Shown: positions 53,027 to 64,000 of the stretch, piece after piece
How the letters are laid out: each line of letters begins with the position of its first letter
Numbering within the stretch: the stretch's first letter is position 1
Assembly (NCBI RefSeq): GCF_009914755.1
Contig: NC_060930.1
Direction: 5' to 3' (one strand)
Length of the DNA: 64,000 nt
Source: the human T2T-CHM13v2.0 reference genome, Homo sapiens
Made by a program: the position numbers and the translations under genes
The notes under the pieces: generated by a model
Told to the model about the DNA's origin: nothing
The model's database searches: none
Seen by the model: the letters and a program-made list of their open reading frames with translations, nothing else

Positions 53027-53720
53027 ATAAAAACCATTCAAGAAGTGAGAAACATCTGTAGCTCTTTTATAAGATCTGAAATGCTACCAGTAGGTCTTGG
53101 ATTTAATCTAGTATTTAATTTAGGTTGGCTAATTCTGACAGTGCCTGGCGTTTAAGGCTATATCCTTTATAAAACAAAACCAGAGCAGACTTGTAACAGA
53201 AAATTCTCAAAAACAGGGGCGGGGCAGGGGGTAGAGGGAGAGTTGAATCTGGATGAATCTTTTCTAGCTGTCAAGGCCCATATTGCTATTTTATAGCAAA
53301 TGCTTCAGACTGTACAAGGCAACACACAATTCAGTTGATTCTCTGAAGCAAATCTAACGCTGATATGAAATATGTTAACAGAGATATTTTGTAAAGAAAC
53401 AGAGGAGCAGCGCTGTCCAGTAGATACATTATGCAAGCTACATATACAATTTAAAAATTTCTAGTAGCCACATTAAGGAAAAAAAAATTAATTTCAATAA
53501 TATATTTTATTTAATCCACTACACACAAATCATTTCAACTCTGTTTTTGAGAATTTTCCATTACAAGTCTTCTCTGATTTTGTTTTATAAAGGATATAGC
53601 CTTAAATGCTAGGCAGTGGCAGGATTGGCCAACCTGTATTAAATACTAGATTAAATCGAAACTCTATTTCAGATCTTATAAGAGAGCTACAGATGTTTCT
53701 AATGTCCTGACTGGTTTTAT
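53027..53720. repeat. Inverted repeat of non-TE sequence (arms 53027-53247 and 53534-53720)
   Basis: Manual alignment gives 34/35 and 105/117 identical blocks between arm 1 and the reverse complement of arm 2. Confidence 0.95.
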
Positions 53721-53886
53721 GTAATCCATATAAAATATTAAGGTATTTTACTTTTTTTTTTTTCAAACTAAGTGTTTGAAATCCAGCATGTATTTTATGC
53801 TTACAACATGTAATCAATTCAGACTAGCCACATTTCAGGTCCTCAGGAGCTACAAGTGGCTAGTGGTTATTATATTGGATAACAAG
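53408..53886 (+). mobile_element. MER33 hAT-Charlie element interrupted by a ~180-bp insertion
   Basis: cagcgctgtcca...tttctagtagccacatt...catttcaac | atgtaatc...gactagccacatttca...gtggctagtgg...tattgga. Confidence 0.88.
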
Positions 53887-54019
53887 ATATTGACCAACTT
53901 TTCTTGTAAATATAGTTGTAAGGAACATAAAAACAGATTAAAAATGGAATTTTATCACAGGAATTCAAGGACATTTTAATATTAATATATTAGTGAAGCT
54001 ATATAATTACCCTGATTGG

Positions 54020-55015
54020 TATTAAAAAGAAATCAAAATCCAAAACTAAAAGTAGGAATAACAATGCTTAAACAAGATGACAAATATCATTCAAAATAAC
54101 AATTTAAACACTAGGCTAGAAAGTTCTTTCTCACTACTATTCTTACATGTTTTGCAGAGCTTTGACCAATTCAATAAGACCTGAACCGAAATTTGGTAGA
54201 GGAGAAAATAATAATTGATTGTAGATGATATGATTATGTATCTAGAAAACCTAAGGGAAATAGCTGAAAACTTATTCAAATCTGTGAGTTCAAAAAAATT
54301 ACTAGGTACAAAATATATAAAATAACCAAAGTTTGATAGAAGAGAAAATAGAATTATCACTAAATTTGATTATATGTTATATGATTATGTATCTAAAAAT
54401 CTAAGGGAAATAACTGAAAATTTGGTGAGTTCAGTAAGGGAACTAGGTACAAAATAAATATAAAATCGGTAGCAGTAGCTAGTTTAGCCAGGCATGGTGG
54501 TGTGCGCCTGTAGTCCCAGCTACTTGGGAGGCTAAGGCAGGAAGATGGCTGGAGCCCAGAAGATGGCTGTACTCCAGCCTGGGCAACAGCAAGACCCTGT
54601 CTCTAACAAAAGAGTCAGTAACACTTGTATATGCCATCAATAATGAAAAAGGAACCCATTTGATAGCAACGACAAAAAGCAAATACCTGAGAATGGAGAA
54701 GAGATTTCAAGGCTACTGCAACAAGTAATCATGTCATTGTCAGAAATGTGGAGATCTAGAAAAGTGCTTGTTTGGGACATTTGGGACATTATTTGTAATA
54801 GTGAAAAGTTGAAAACAATCATTTCCAACAGAAGTCATTAGGCATAATATAGTGCATCTGCCTGATGAAATAGTATCACTATTAAAATTCTGGGCTGCAA
54901 AGATTGCTTTCTAACATGAAAAATTGCCATGGTAGAATATGAAGTCAGAGAAGGATGTAAGATCACAGTACTCTGAATTATTACAATTTAAAAAATATAT
55001 ATATTTTAAAAAAGA
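54020..55015 (+). mobile_element. Old L1M fragments with an inserted Alu right-arm monomer (54484-54612)
   Basis: gatgatatgattatgtatctagaaaaccta (decayed RT FADD region); FRAM/AluJ-like monomer with an internal deletion. Confidence 0.65.
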
Positions 55016-55194
55016 ACAGGTCAGCATGGGAGTGGGGGCTGGCCCAGGGTTCACACCTGAGGGCCTACAAAGGCACATGGCAAGCACAGACATGAATACA
55101 TTCCTTTAGCTCGCATCTGCAAAGTATTACACCCAGTCTTTTTACTTTTACTTATTTTTTAATGTGTAATTGATAACCACCTCGTCTACCTGGG

Positions 55195-55385
55195 TTACCC
55201 TTGACTACACACTTACTAGCTGAGTAGCCATGGACAACATATTTAATCACTCAGCACCTCAATTTCTTCATCTGTAAAATGGGGGAAATAAAAAGATATA
55301 TTTCAGAATTTGAGAATTAAATGAAACAGGGAATGCAGAACTCCCGGTAAAGTGCCTGGCACATGGTAACCATCCAAGAAATGTA
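55195..55385 (+). mobile_element. MIR
   Basis: acttactagctg...cctcaatttcttcatctgtaaaatgggg...gtgcctggcacatggtaa. Confidence 0.85.
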
Positions 55386-56706
55386 TACCACAAAAATAGT
55401 GTATACTCCAATGTCTTAGTTTCTATCAAGTGCTGACTATAAGATCATTAATTAGCAGTTTCATCCACTAATTGGAAGCCTGATATCCACTAATAAGTGG
55501 CTTGTCATCCACGAACCTGTCATTATCAACTAAGGAACAGCAAAGTATACATTCACTAACAGATAAAACCTGGGTCATTTTGACAGTGCTAAATCACTCA
55601 ATCACCATCAAAGGCTGTAGAAATCCAGGTTATAGCCGATACTTCAGGTGAAGAAATCATCAGGTCCTTAGAGACAGTTTTCCAAGAGATGCACAGGAAC
55701 TTCATCCTTTCCCTGGTGCTTTCTAGCCAGTACAGGTTATGCAGGTGCATGTGACTCTCCACTCCCAGACCCAATCCCTCTGTCTCAGTCAGCCCAGTGT
55801 TGAACAATCAAGGTAATCTATGGCAGGGATGAAGTGGGGAGGTAACCCCACACCTGTTCTCTGTCCCCTCAGACTTACCTGCAGAGCTACAGCCTTCACC
55901 ATTCCTAAAGATACTCAGGTGTTTCTCACTTTGGAATTTCTGCCCATCCACTACTATAACCCAGTGCTTCTGGAAAGAAAAATTAAACCCCAAATATCAA
56001 CCATTCTCATCCATGAGATCTTTGTCTTTCTTGAAGGGAGTTAGAGAAAGAATGTAGGATTGCAGATAAAAGTAAAAACCATTAGGAAATCTCAAAATAG
56101 CAGTGTGCTTACTTTAGGGACAAAGGATAAAAAGAAGTTGTAAGAGCTTTGCAGTGGGCAAAGGAGAGACACTACTCACAAAGAACAGGTGAGGATAGCA
56201 GAAAGCAGGTGAGCCAGTGCTTGAGACTAAAGGAAGAAGAAAGAGATGATCATGTGGTTTACTCCCCTGCCTCTACTTTCTCTCTTTTCTCCATATACCA
56301 TCATGCTCTGGCTAAGCTCTTCACTCCATCCCTTTCCTTGTCCCAGTGGGGAGATGGGCAATTCTACATCAGGAAGGGATGCTTTCCTGGCAAATCTGAA
56401 TTCAGGTCTCCAGAGAACACTGGTATATACGGTGGAAAGGGACTGCAAGAAACAGGCGGAGTTAAGACACAGGCGTTTGAAGACTGGCCTGAAAAACTAC
56501 CTAGAGTGCCATTTAACCTTTTTTTTTTTTAAATGGGAAACGTACCCTGCAACTCTAAAGAAGCTCGAATAAATTTTGGGATGCTGAACATATCAGAAAC
56601 TGCAAATATGTACTAAGTATTATGTACTATGGTTATAAATAGAAGAATCCAAGAACTTAAGATGAACTTGAGAAACACTATTCCCCCAACCAAGCAAACT
56701 TAATTA

Positions 56707-57030
<324 letters not shown>

Positions 57031-57626
57031 GTATACATAAGTGACAAGTCCTAGGCACTCCAAAAAGGGAAAAATGTCTGTGGGACATAGGACTTAGGGC
57101 CACCTTCATTACTGAATGGACTTCAGCAGGATCCTTGAAATACTGTTTCTCCAAAAGAATATGAAAGCTTTATGTTTTTAGGGCAGAAAATGCTCCCCCC
57201 TGCCCCTTCACTACTTAGCTTTTGTTTCACTGTTGTTGTGTTGACATCAATAAGCAATTTAAGGACAGTGTTCAGTTTTCATGACCTAATATTCATTTCA
57301 TATACAAGATTTCCTTTTCTTTGGAAAAAAATATTTAGGCAATTTTTTCCTTTAACATCATTTCTATCTAGGTTTTCATTTTTTCTTTTGGCAAAAATCA
57401 GTTTTCTTTCTGATATTTTCATTTAAAATAGCTCATCAGTGTCACTATGAACCATAAACATTATCTGAAACACTTAGGTGATCTTCTCTGGGACTAAGCC
57501 ATGCTTTTGTCTTTTTCCCATAAATTATTTGACAAAAAGTAGTGGTAACAACAGGTATACTCACCATCCCATGGCAGAAAACACAGGAGAACACCAGAAA
57601 GGAAAAGCTATAGTTACTGACATTTA

Positions 57627-57785
<159 letters not shown>

Positions 57786-58652
57786 TTACTCTCTAACCCC
57801 AATTAAAACTGGTATTTTTTTAATGTAATGGAGAAATAGGAAAGGGATGGACAAAAATGCTAATTGGCTCACTGGCAACGTGTCTGCCCAAATTACCACA
57901 TGAACCAAAGTTGGCAGGTTCTCAAAGGTGTCAAGCCACCCTTCATGAAAAGAATGTTTCAGCTAGAGAGGAAAGAAAGATGAAAGGTCAGAACAGGAAA
58001 CCGCTCTGTCCCTACAACACAAAACAAAGACCTGCCACTGTGCTAAAGAAACTTGAAAACGTGCTGTCAGCAGCCAAGCACAGAATGACACAATACAGTG
58101 GACAATACAGTGGGCACACAAGAAGGGCACGTCAGGGAGGGGGCTAACACACACGTGCTCATTCTCCTGTTCCGCTGAGCTTCCCAATGATTAGAAAATC
58201 TCCCTGCAATATAGCCCAGGTTTGCTTTTATGTCTAAACTGCCAAAAAGCAAGTTACTAATATGTAGTATAATGATTCTAATTGACATAAGTTCAAAAAG
58301 CTGACTTAAATGCAATGGCAAAACATTTTAAAACTAATGCCTTTCTTCCTTTTTATTTACTGTTATGAAATGCTTTTTTCCACTGTTTACAAAAAGAAGG
58401 TGCAAAAGCATCACCCATTCAGGTTACCATGATATTGGAAGAAATAAAACTGCTTAGTGTAAGTAGAACCTGGCTGAAGGAAGCTTTCTGGAGCTTCTAA
58501 GGCCTGGCCTTAGAAGCCACTTGAAGGCGTTTGAAGGAGCAAGTAGAAACAGTTTTCACCACTCCTCAAGTGATTATGCCAAAAGAAATTATCCAGCAGT
58601 AAAAATCATTACAAAATCTCTCCACCTGATACCATCAAGATTAACCCCATTA

Positions 58653-58946
58653 GGACAGAGTGCAGTGGCTCACAGCCATAATCCCAGCACTTTGGGAGAC
58701 TGAGGCAGGCGGATCACTTGAGGTCAGGAGTTCAAGACCAGCCTGGCCAACATGCTGAAATCCTGTCTCTACTCAAAATTTAAAAATTAGCCGGGCATGG
58801 TGGCAGGTGCTGTAATCCCAGCTACTCGGGAGGCTAAGGCAGGGGAGTCTCCTGAACCCAGGAGGCAGAGGTTGCAGTGAGCTGAGACAACGCCTATTGC
58901 ACTCCAGCCCGGGCAACAGAGCAAGACTTCATCTCAGAAAAAAAAA
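58653..58946 (+). mobile_element. AluSx-like
   Basis: Full dimer; perfect 16-bp TSD AAGATTAACCCCATTA. Confidence 0.94.
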
Positions 58947-60124
58947 AAGATTAACCCCATTAATGAAACCACACTGACAATGTCTTGCCAATCAAGTCTC
59001 TGAACCACTCCAACATTCTAGTTAAGGCTTCTTGTATAAAGCTGTTGGGAAGACTACCTCTATCTCAGATGAATTTTTTAATCTGTCTCCTTGCTTTGTT
59101 CTACAATGCCAGAAGGTAAGGGCTATTTCCTAAAGAAAACCTAGTGCTGCTCTAGTTCCAGTGTGGCTCTGGCTGGGTGAGAACAATCTCCTTGGCCCTT
59201 ACAACACCGGGCTTTCCACATCTGTCCTTGTCTGATGCCAGGTCAAAGAACTCCTGGGGAAATGCACAACTGGATAAATGGGCAGGTAAGCCAGAACACT
59301 CTGTATATATTTTCATTAAACAACTGACTGAGCAAGGGACGTAAAAACAAGAGCAAGGAACATAAAACCCGACTAAAGCCTCTCCAGATGGGTCTTCATA
59401 AAGTTACCAATTTTCAATTCTGACCTCTCTAAATTTTAGCAGATTGTCACCACCGAACAACAGCTTTTCATCTTTTCTTCTCATCTGCAAGTCTTTTACG
59501 TTTTACACACCTTGAAGTGGTTATAAAATAGGCTTAAAATAACAATCTGCTTTTCCTAGCATTAAGAAATCAGAAAATTTTGAATTGTAAAGCATCTTTC
59601 AATCATGCACTTCTAGGAGCAACAGCAGGGATAAGGCTGGGTAACATGCCCAGAACCATATCAAGTTCAGAACCAGACCTGGGACTAAAGCAGTCAGCCC
59701 ACCCTTTTCCCCAAACACTCATCAGAGGGGCCAGAATAGACACTTAAAAAATGTTCCTGGATTATGTTACTAAATTCAGGCATATCTAGAATTTTACACC
59801 AAGCAGCCCTATCTGCCCAGACCGGGCACCATCATCTACAGCAGATGGAAGTTATTGATCAGATATTTTTAACTAGGACAAGAAACATTCTCTCCAGGAC
59901 AATTCCAGAGTTAATCCCAGGAGCCACAACTTTCCACCTCCAATTTTTTCTAAGACCATACCCTACAAATGAGGTGGATGTGTCTTATAGCCACTTCCCT
60001 TGAATCAAATTCTTCCACCTGATTTAAGTTTGCTAATCATTCTTGATCTCCTCAAGAAGCTTTAAAAATAGAGCCCTGATAAGGTACTGTACTACTTAAT
60101 CCTGTTCGATATTTTACTTGTACT

Positions 60125-60550
60125 GTTCAACAACTCACCCACTGCCTTCAGGATAAAGTGCAGACTCGTACACACAGCAGGCAGGACCCATCAAACCTGC
60201 CCTGCTCATCTTTCCAGCCCCATGCAAATTTATCCATCTGTTGATGGTCTGGTCAGAATCGCCTTCTTGCCACCCTACAAACAAATGCAATTCCACAACA
60301 ATCCAGGCCTGCATAGCTATGGCTTTACTTTAGTCACAGGATCAGGAATGTCCTTTGTCCCTTACCCAACTGGTCAACTTCCAGACTCAATTCACATAAT
60401 GCCTCCCCCTCCTGATGGAAATTAGTCCCATCCTCTTCTGTGTTCTCCTCTCACCCTAAATCCTCTTCTATCAGAGTGTGAGTCCCCTGTGACAGGCCTG
60501 AATTTCCTGATAGCAACTCTCTTAAGCAATGGTCGATGGTATTGCACAAG
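60125..60550 (+). mobile_element. L2 fragment
   Basis: cccactgccttcaggataaagtgcagactc...caggaatgtcctt. Confidence 0.55.
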
Positions 60551-62245
60551 AAGTGTCATGGCTTCCAAATTTCTGCCCAAAAAGGCAGAACTCCACCAAA
60601 ATGGTCTCAACGCTCCAAAGCTTTCAGCAGGAGAGTACTGAGCATATGGCTGAAGGTGCTCAAGTGAAAGAGACAGAGAGCTACCGCAATGCCCAGCTGA
60701 TGCTGGGGAGAAACAAACCCATCCTAGAAATCAAAGGCTACCATTTAAGCAAATACCTAAGTCAAGCCTAGGGCTTAGTAACCAAAACCTTAATGCAAAA
60801 AAAAAGATACTCCACCGTAAGCTATCAAGGAGCCACACAACAAGATCCAGACTGGGCCAGAGCTACATTCCCTTGGCCACGAGGCTTAGAGTTAGCATGA
60901 GTTGCTTAATGAGAAGGAACTGGAGTGTATTAAAATCCACAGTATACCCTTCCGAGTTGTTTATAATCTTTTAGACGTCTTCATAAAATCCTCACTTAAA
61001 CCTTTCATGAAATATCAAACATAAATAAACAAACTGTAGGATTTAGGCACCCACAGTGGTGAAAAACTAACAAGTAACTCTAAAAACAAACTTAAAACTG
61101 CACTTATCAAACCACAGAATGGGTAATTCTTTATATTCTGATCCTCAAGAACCAGAACCAAGAGAGTCACCTGGCTTCCCATTACTAGTCTGGAACACTG
61201 CAGAGCTAGACTGTCACATGAATGAATGAATGAATGACAACATTCCTACTGCAGAAGCAAGTAAGCCCTATGGTCAGTCCAAATATTTCTCATATGAGAA
61301 AAAAGGCCCATAACAGGTAAAAGAGCTGCTAAAAGTCACCTAACTAGTGAATGACAGAACCAGAACTAGCGCTCTGGTCTTTTCATTTAGTCCAGCCTCT
61401 TTCTCCATTCCAGCAGGATCACTTTACTCCCATATTCAAAGGAAACAACCTTTAAACCACAGGAATAGAGCTTCTTGAGCTGTTAGGGTAAATTTAATAA
61501 GCAAGCAGCTGAGCAGACTGAGAAAACATGGTTACCAGATGGCCACTGGTCAAAGAAACCATGAATGAATGCATCAGTGTCACTTGGAAGTCTTAATTTA
61601 AAACAGTATGTCCTTTACTCCGAAGCGTCAGCACCCTTTACCCCAATGTAGCACGTGCTTTAAAGTAAACACTTTCTGGCATAAATTGGGAAAGTAAACA
61701 GAAAAACATTAAAACTGTATCACACAAATACATACTTATTCTGATTATATTTTAAGTAATCTGAGAAATGTAGCTATTAGTAAGAGAATCACGGCCACAA
61801 CATGTGGATGCAATCCAGTTCCTAAGTCGTCAAATTCACGTTTACACAAAAAAGGTGTCTGCCCAGAATTCCGCCTACTGGATCTCAACAGTTACCTTGA
61901 GTTCATCTGCAGCTTAGGCAAATGGTGGTCAACTCCGCCACTAGACAAAACTTACTCATTCTGAAAAAGGTCAACCCCTCTCCCTTCTAAGACCTCCTCT
62001 CACCCTCTCTCAACTCCTTTTCTTGTTTAAGAAAACATGGATCAGCACGGCCACACTATGGGGTCACTGCTCCGCCTTCCCCATTTCTGTCCGGGTCTCT
62101 GGCATCCCCAGGGCCCAGTGCGCCTCATCCGACCTGGGACAGGGTAGGCGCTCAACACACCTTTTAAAATCGAACGAATATGCTTCAACTCTAAGGACTT
62201 TAAAGTGTAAGTTTTAAAAGTTTGTTTTCGTTTTTAAATGTGACA

Positions 62246-62246
<1 letters not shown>

Positions 62247-62290
<44 letters not shown>
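62247..62290. repeat. Interrupted (CA)n microsatellite in intron 1
   Basis: (CA)15-AA-(CA)6, about 400 bp from exon 1. Confidence 0.95.
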
Positions 62291-62291
<1 letters not shown>

Positions 62292-62399
62292 CCCAGCGGA
62301 CACTTTCTCCTACCACCATATTTAAGCAAGAGGCTTCGCCAGTCAAAAAAGCAGTGACACCGTCTGTCTTCCCACTCCCTGAAGACACCCATTCTACCC

Positions 62400-63330
62400 G
62401 GGCGTCTGCCCTTGACCCCATTGATTCTAGGAAGCGGCCGGGCGGCGCTGCCCACAGGCTCCGCCGCCAGCACTAGCAGAGTGACCGCCCGCGGGACCCC
62501 AGCGCTGCAGAGGAGCCCCGCGCCCCCGGCCCAATTCTCCCAAACAAAGGCCGAGGGGGAGGGGAGGGACGCGGGGGTCGAAGGCCTACAGGAAGAGGAG
62601 CTGCGGGTGCCACGGGTCAGGCAGGCTGGGCACCTTTGCCCGGGAGCCCTCTGGGCGGAGGCAGAGATACTTACGGCGGTCTCGTCGCGGTACACGTCGG
62701 GGTACTGAAGGGACAGCATGGCCGGGGACAGGCAGGGGGCAGCGTGGAGGGGCGCGGGCTCCGGGAGCGGACCTGAGCTAGCCGGGCTGGCCGCGAGGCG
62801 CGGCTGGGGCGCAGGCAGCTGCGGGGCGGCCGGCGGCAGCGGGCGGCCGGCTCACGGCCAGAGCTAGCACAAACGGACTGGCGGCGCGGCGGCGAGGACG
62901 TGCAGAAAGCAGGAAGCCGCTGTCTGCGAGGCCGGGAGCCCCTCCCCGGCGGGCGGGCCCAGCGGCGGCGGCGGCGGCAAGAGGGAGCGGGCGGCACCGA
63001 GCGTGCGCTAAGGCCGGCGCACAGCTCCCTCTGCAGGATCGCCGGCCGCGCCCGCGCCGCCCGGGCGCACGGAGGAGCACGCCGGCTACGCGCTCGCCCA
63101 CGCCCGGCCGCCCGCCCGTCCTCTGCGCCGGGGACAAGTCCTTCCACCGAGGCCGGGTCCCCGCGCCTTCCCTAGCGCCCTGCCTCTCTTTGGCCGCGCT
63201 CGCAGGACCGCCTGTAGGAGAGTGAAGCCCCAGGGTTTCCTTGCTGATGGAGTCCCCCACCTTCCCCAGCCTTCCTGTTCCCGGGCTGGTTACGGCGGCG
63301 AAGGGAGACCTTGCCTCTCCCCAGCCTTGG
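62400..63330 (-). promoter_or_regulatory. PREP: CpG island / TATA-less GC-rich promoter and 5'UTR of PREP
   Basis: Very high GC and CpG density around exon 1; several GGGCGG GC boxes; ETS-like CAGGAAG at 62910-62916; short (GGC)5 at 62962-62978; no upstream ATG between 62720 and ~62920. The TSS cannot be fixed from sequence. Confidence 0.9.
62675..62719 (-). CDS. PREP: PREP coding exon 1 (MLSLQYPDVYRDETA)
   Basis: ATG at 62719-62717 in ccggccATG context; translation matches the prolyl endopeptidase N-terminus; donor GCC|GTAAGT; 45 nt, phase 0. Confidence 0.97.
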
Positions 63331-64000
63331 AAGCAGAGGGCTGGAGGTGGCCTTATGTCCACTGCCTGCGACTCTGGACTTGAAGGGAAGAAGTAATCGA
63401 TCATGATGACCGTGAAAGAAACACGTCTCCCTTCATCCCAGGACCCCTGGTGGACACTGGGTGGTTTAGCATCCGGACTATGGAGATGCTTTGGAGGTGT
63501 TGGCAGGACTACGGTTGAGCCCTTATTTGATATTTACCGATTGAGAAAGAACCAAGATTAAGAGGCCTGGAACTCATCAGGGGTATTTTATTTATCCTGC
63601 CTTTTCCTCATTTCCTCTCCTGCTGTCATGCTTGTTTATTGAGCACCTACTGTTTATGGGAAGAAAAGATAATAGACAAGATACTTGACCTCAAACCCAT
63701 GAAAATTTAATAGTTACATGTCATCATCCTCGGGCCAGCAGCGGTATGTGTTCTGGTCTTGCTTCCTGGACCACCCAGAAGAGACTTTATAGCCCCAGCC
63801 ATCAGGGGTATAGTGTGTGCCCAGTGTGTTTTCTATCCCTGGCTTCCAAAAAGTCCTGGAAGAAAGAATAGGTGTGACCAGAAAGTCCTTCACCTCCGGA
63901 ATCTAAGTGGATATGGTAACTATTATAAACTTGTGTCCTCCGTCTCTTTTGTGATATGGTCCCAATTCCATGCCTCACCCTTAGTTCACCATTTCTGTTC

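Noticed and set aside
62246-63404. Overlapping 91-208 aa ORFs around exon 1, including the 157-aa read-through of exon 1
   Set aside because: Stop-codon scarcity in a CpG island explains them; only the first 15 codons of 62246..62719 are PREP.

Overview
Primate (very probably human, given an AluYa5 and exact match to the human protein as I recall it) genomic DNA. It contains the 5' half of PREP (prolyl endopeptidase/prolyl oligopeptidase, peptidase family S9A) on the minus strand: a CpG-island promoter near 62.4-63.3 kb and coding exons 1-7 (45, 75, 134, 131, 210, 122 and 106 nt; 823 nt, residues 1-274 plus one base). All introns are GT-AG and phases are consistent; the remaining exons lie beyond position 1. 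Introns are filled with repeats: a decayed L1PA antisense to PREP with a nested AluY, about 23 Alu/FLAM elements including a young AluYa5, solo LTRs (MLT2, LTR16, MLT1), hAT MERs, old L1M, L2, MIR and microsatellites. There is no CRISPR array, RNA gene or prokaryote-like system, and nearly all other ORFs in the track are repeat-derived or spurious. I found no new multi-gene system. The most unusual signals are several locally templated insertions: a ~190-bp inverted copy dropped into a MER33 that omits a G-quadruplex motif, a 46-bp inverted copy 2.6 kb from its source, an Alu-to-Alu patch, and a fold-back scar. There is also a strong-site 91-nt candidate poison exon in intron 2. Repeat subfamily calls are from recalled consensus features, not RepeatMasker.
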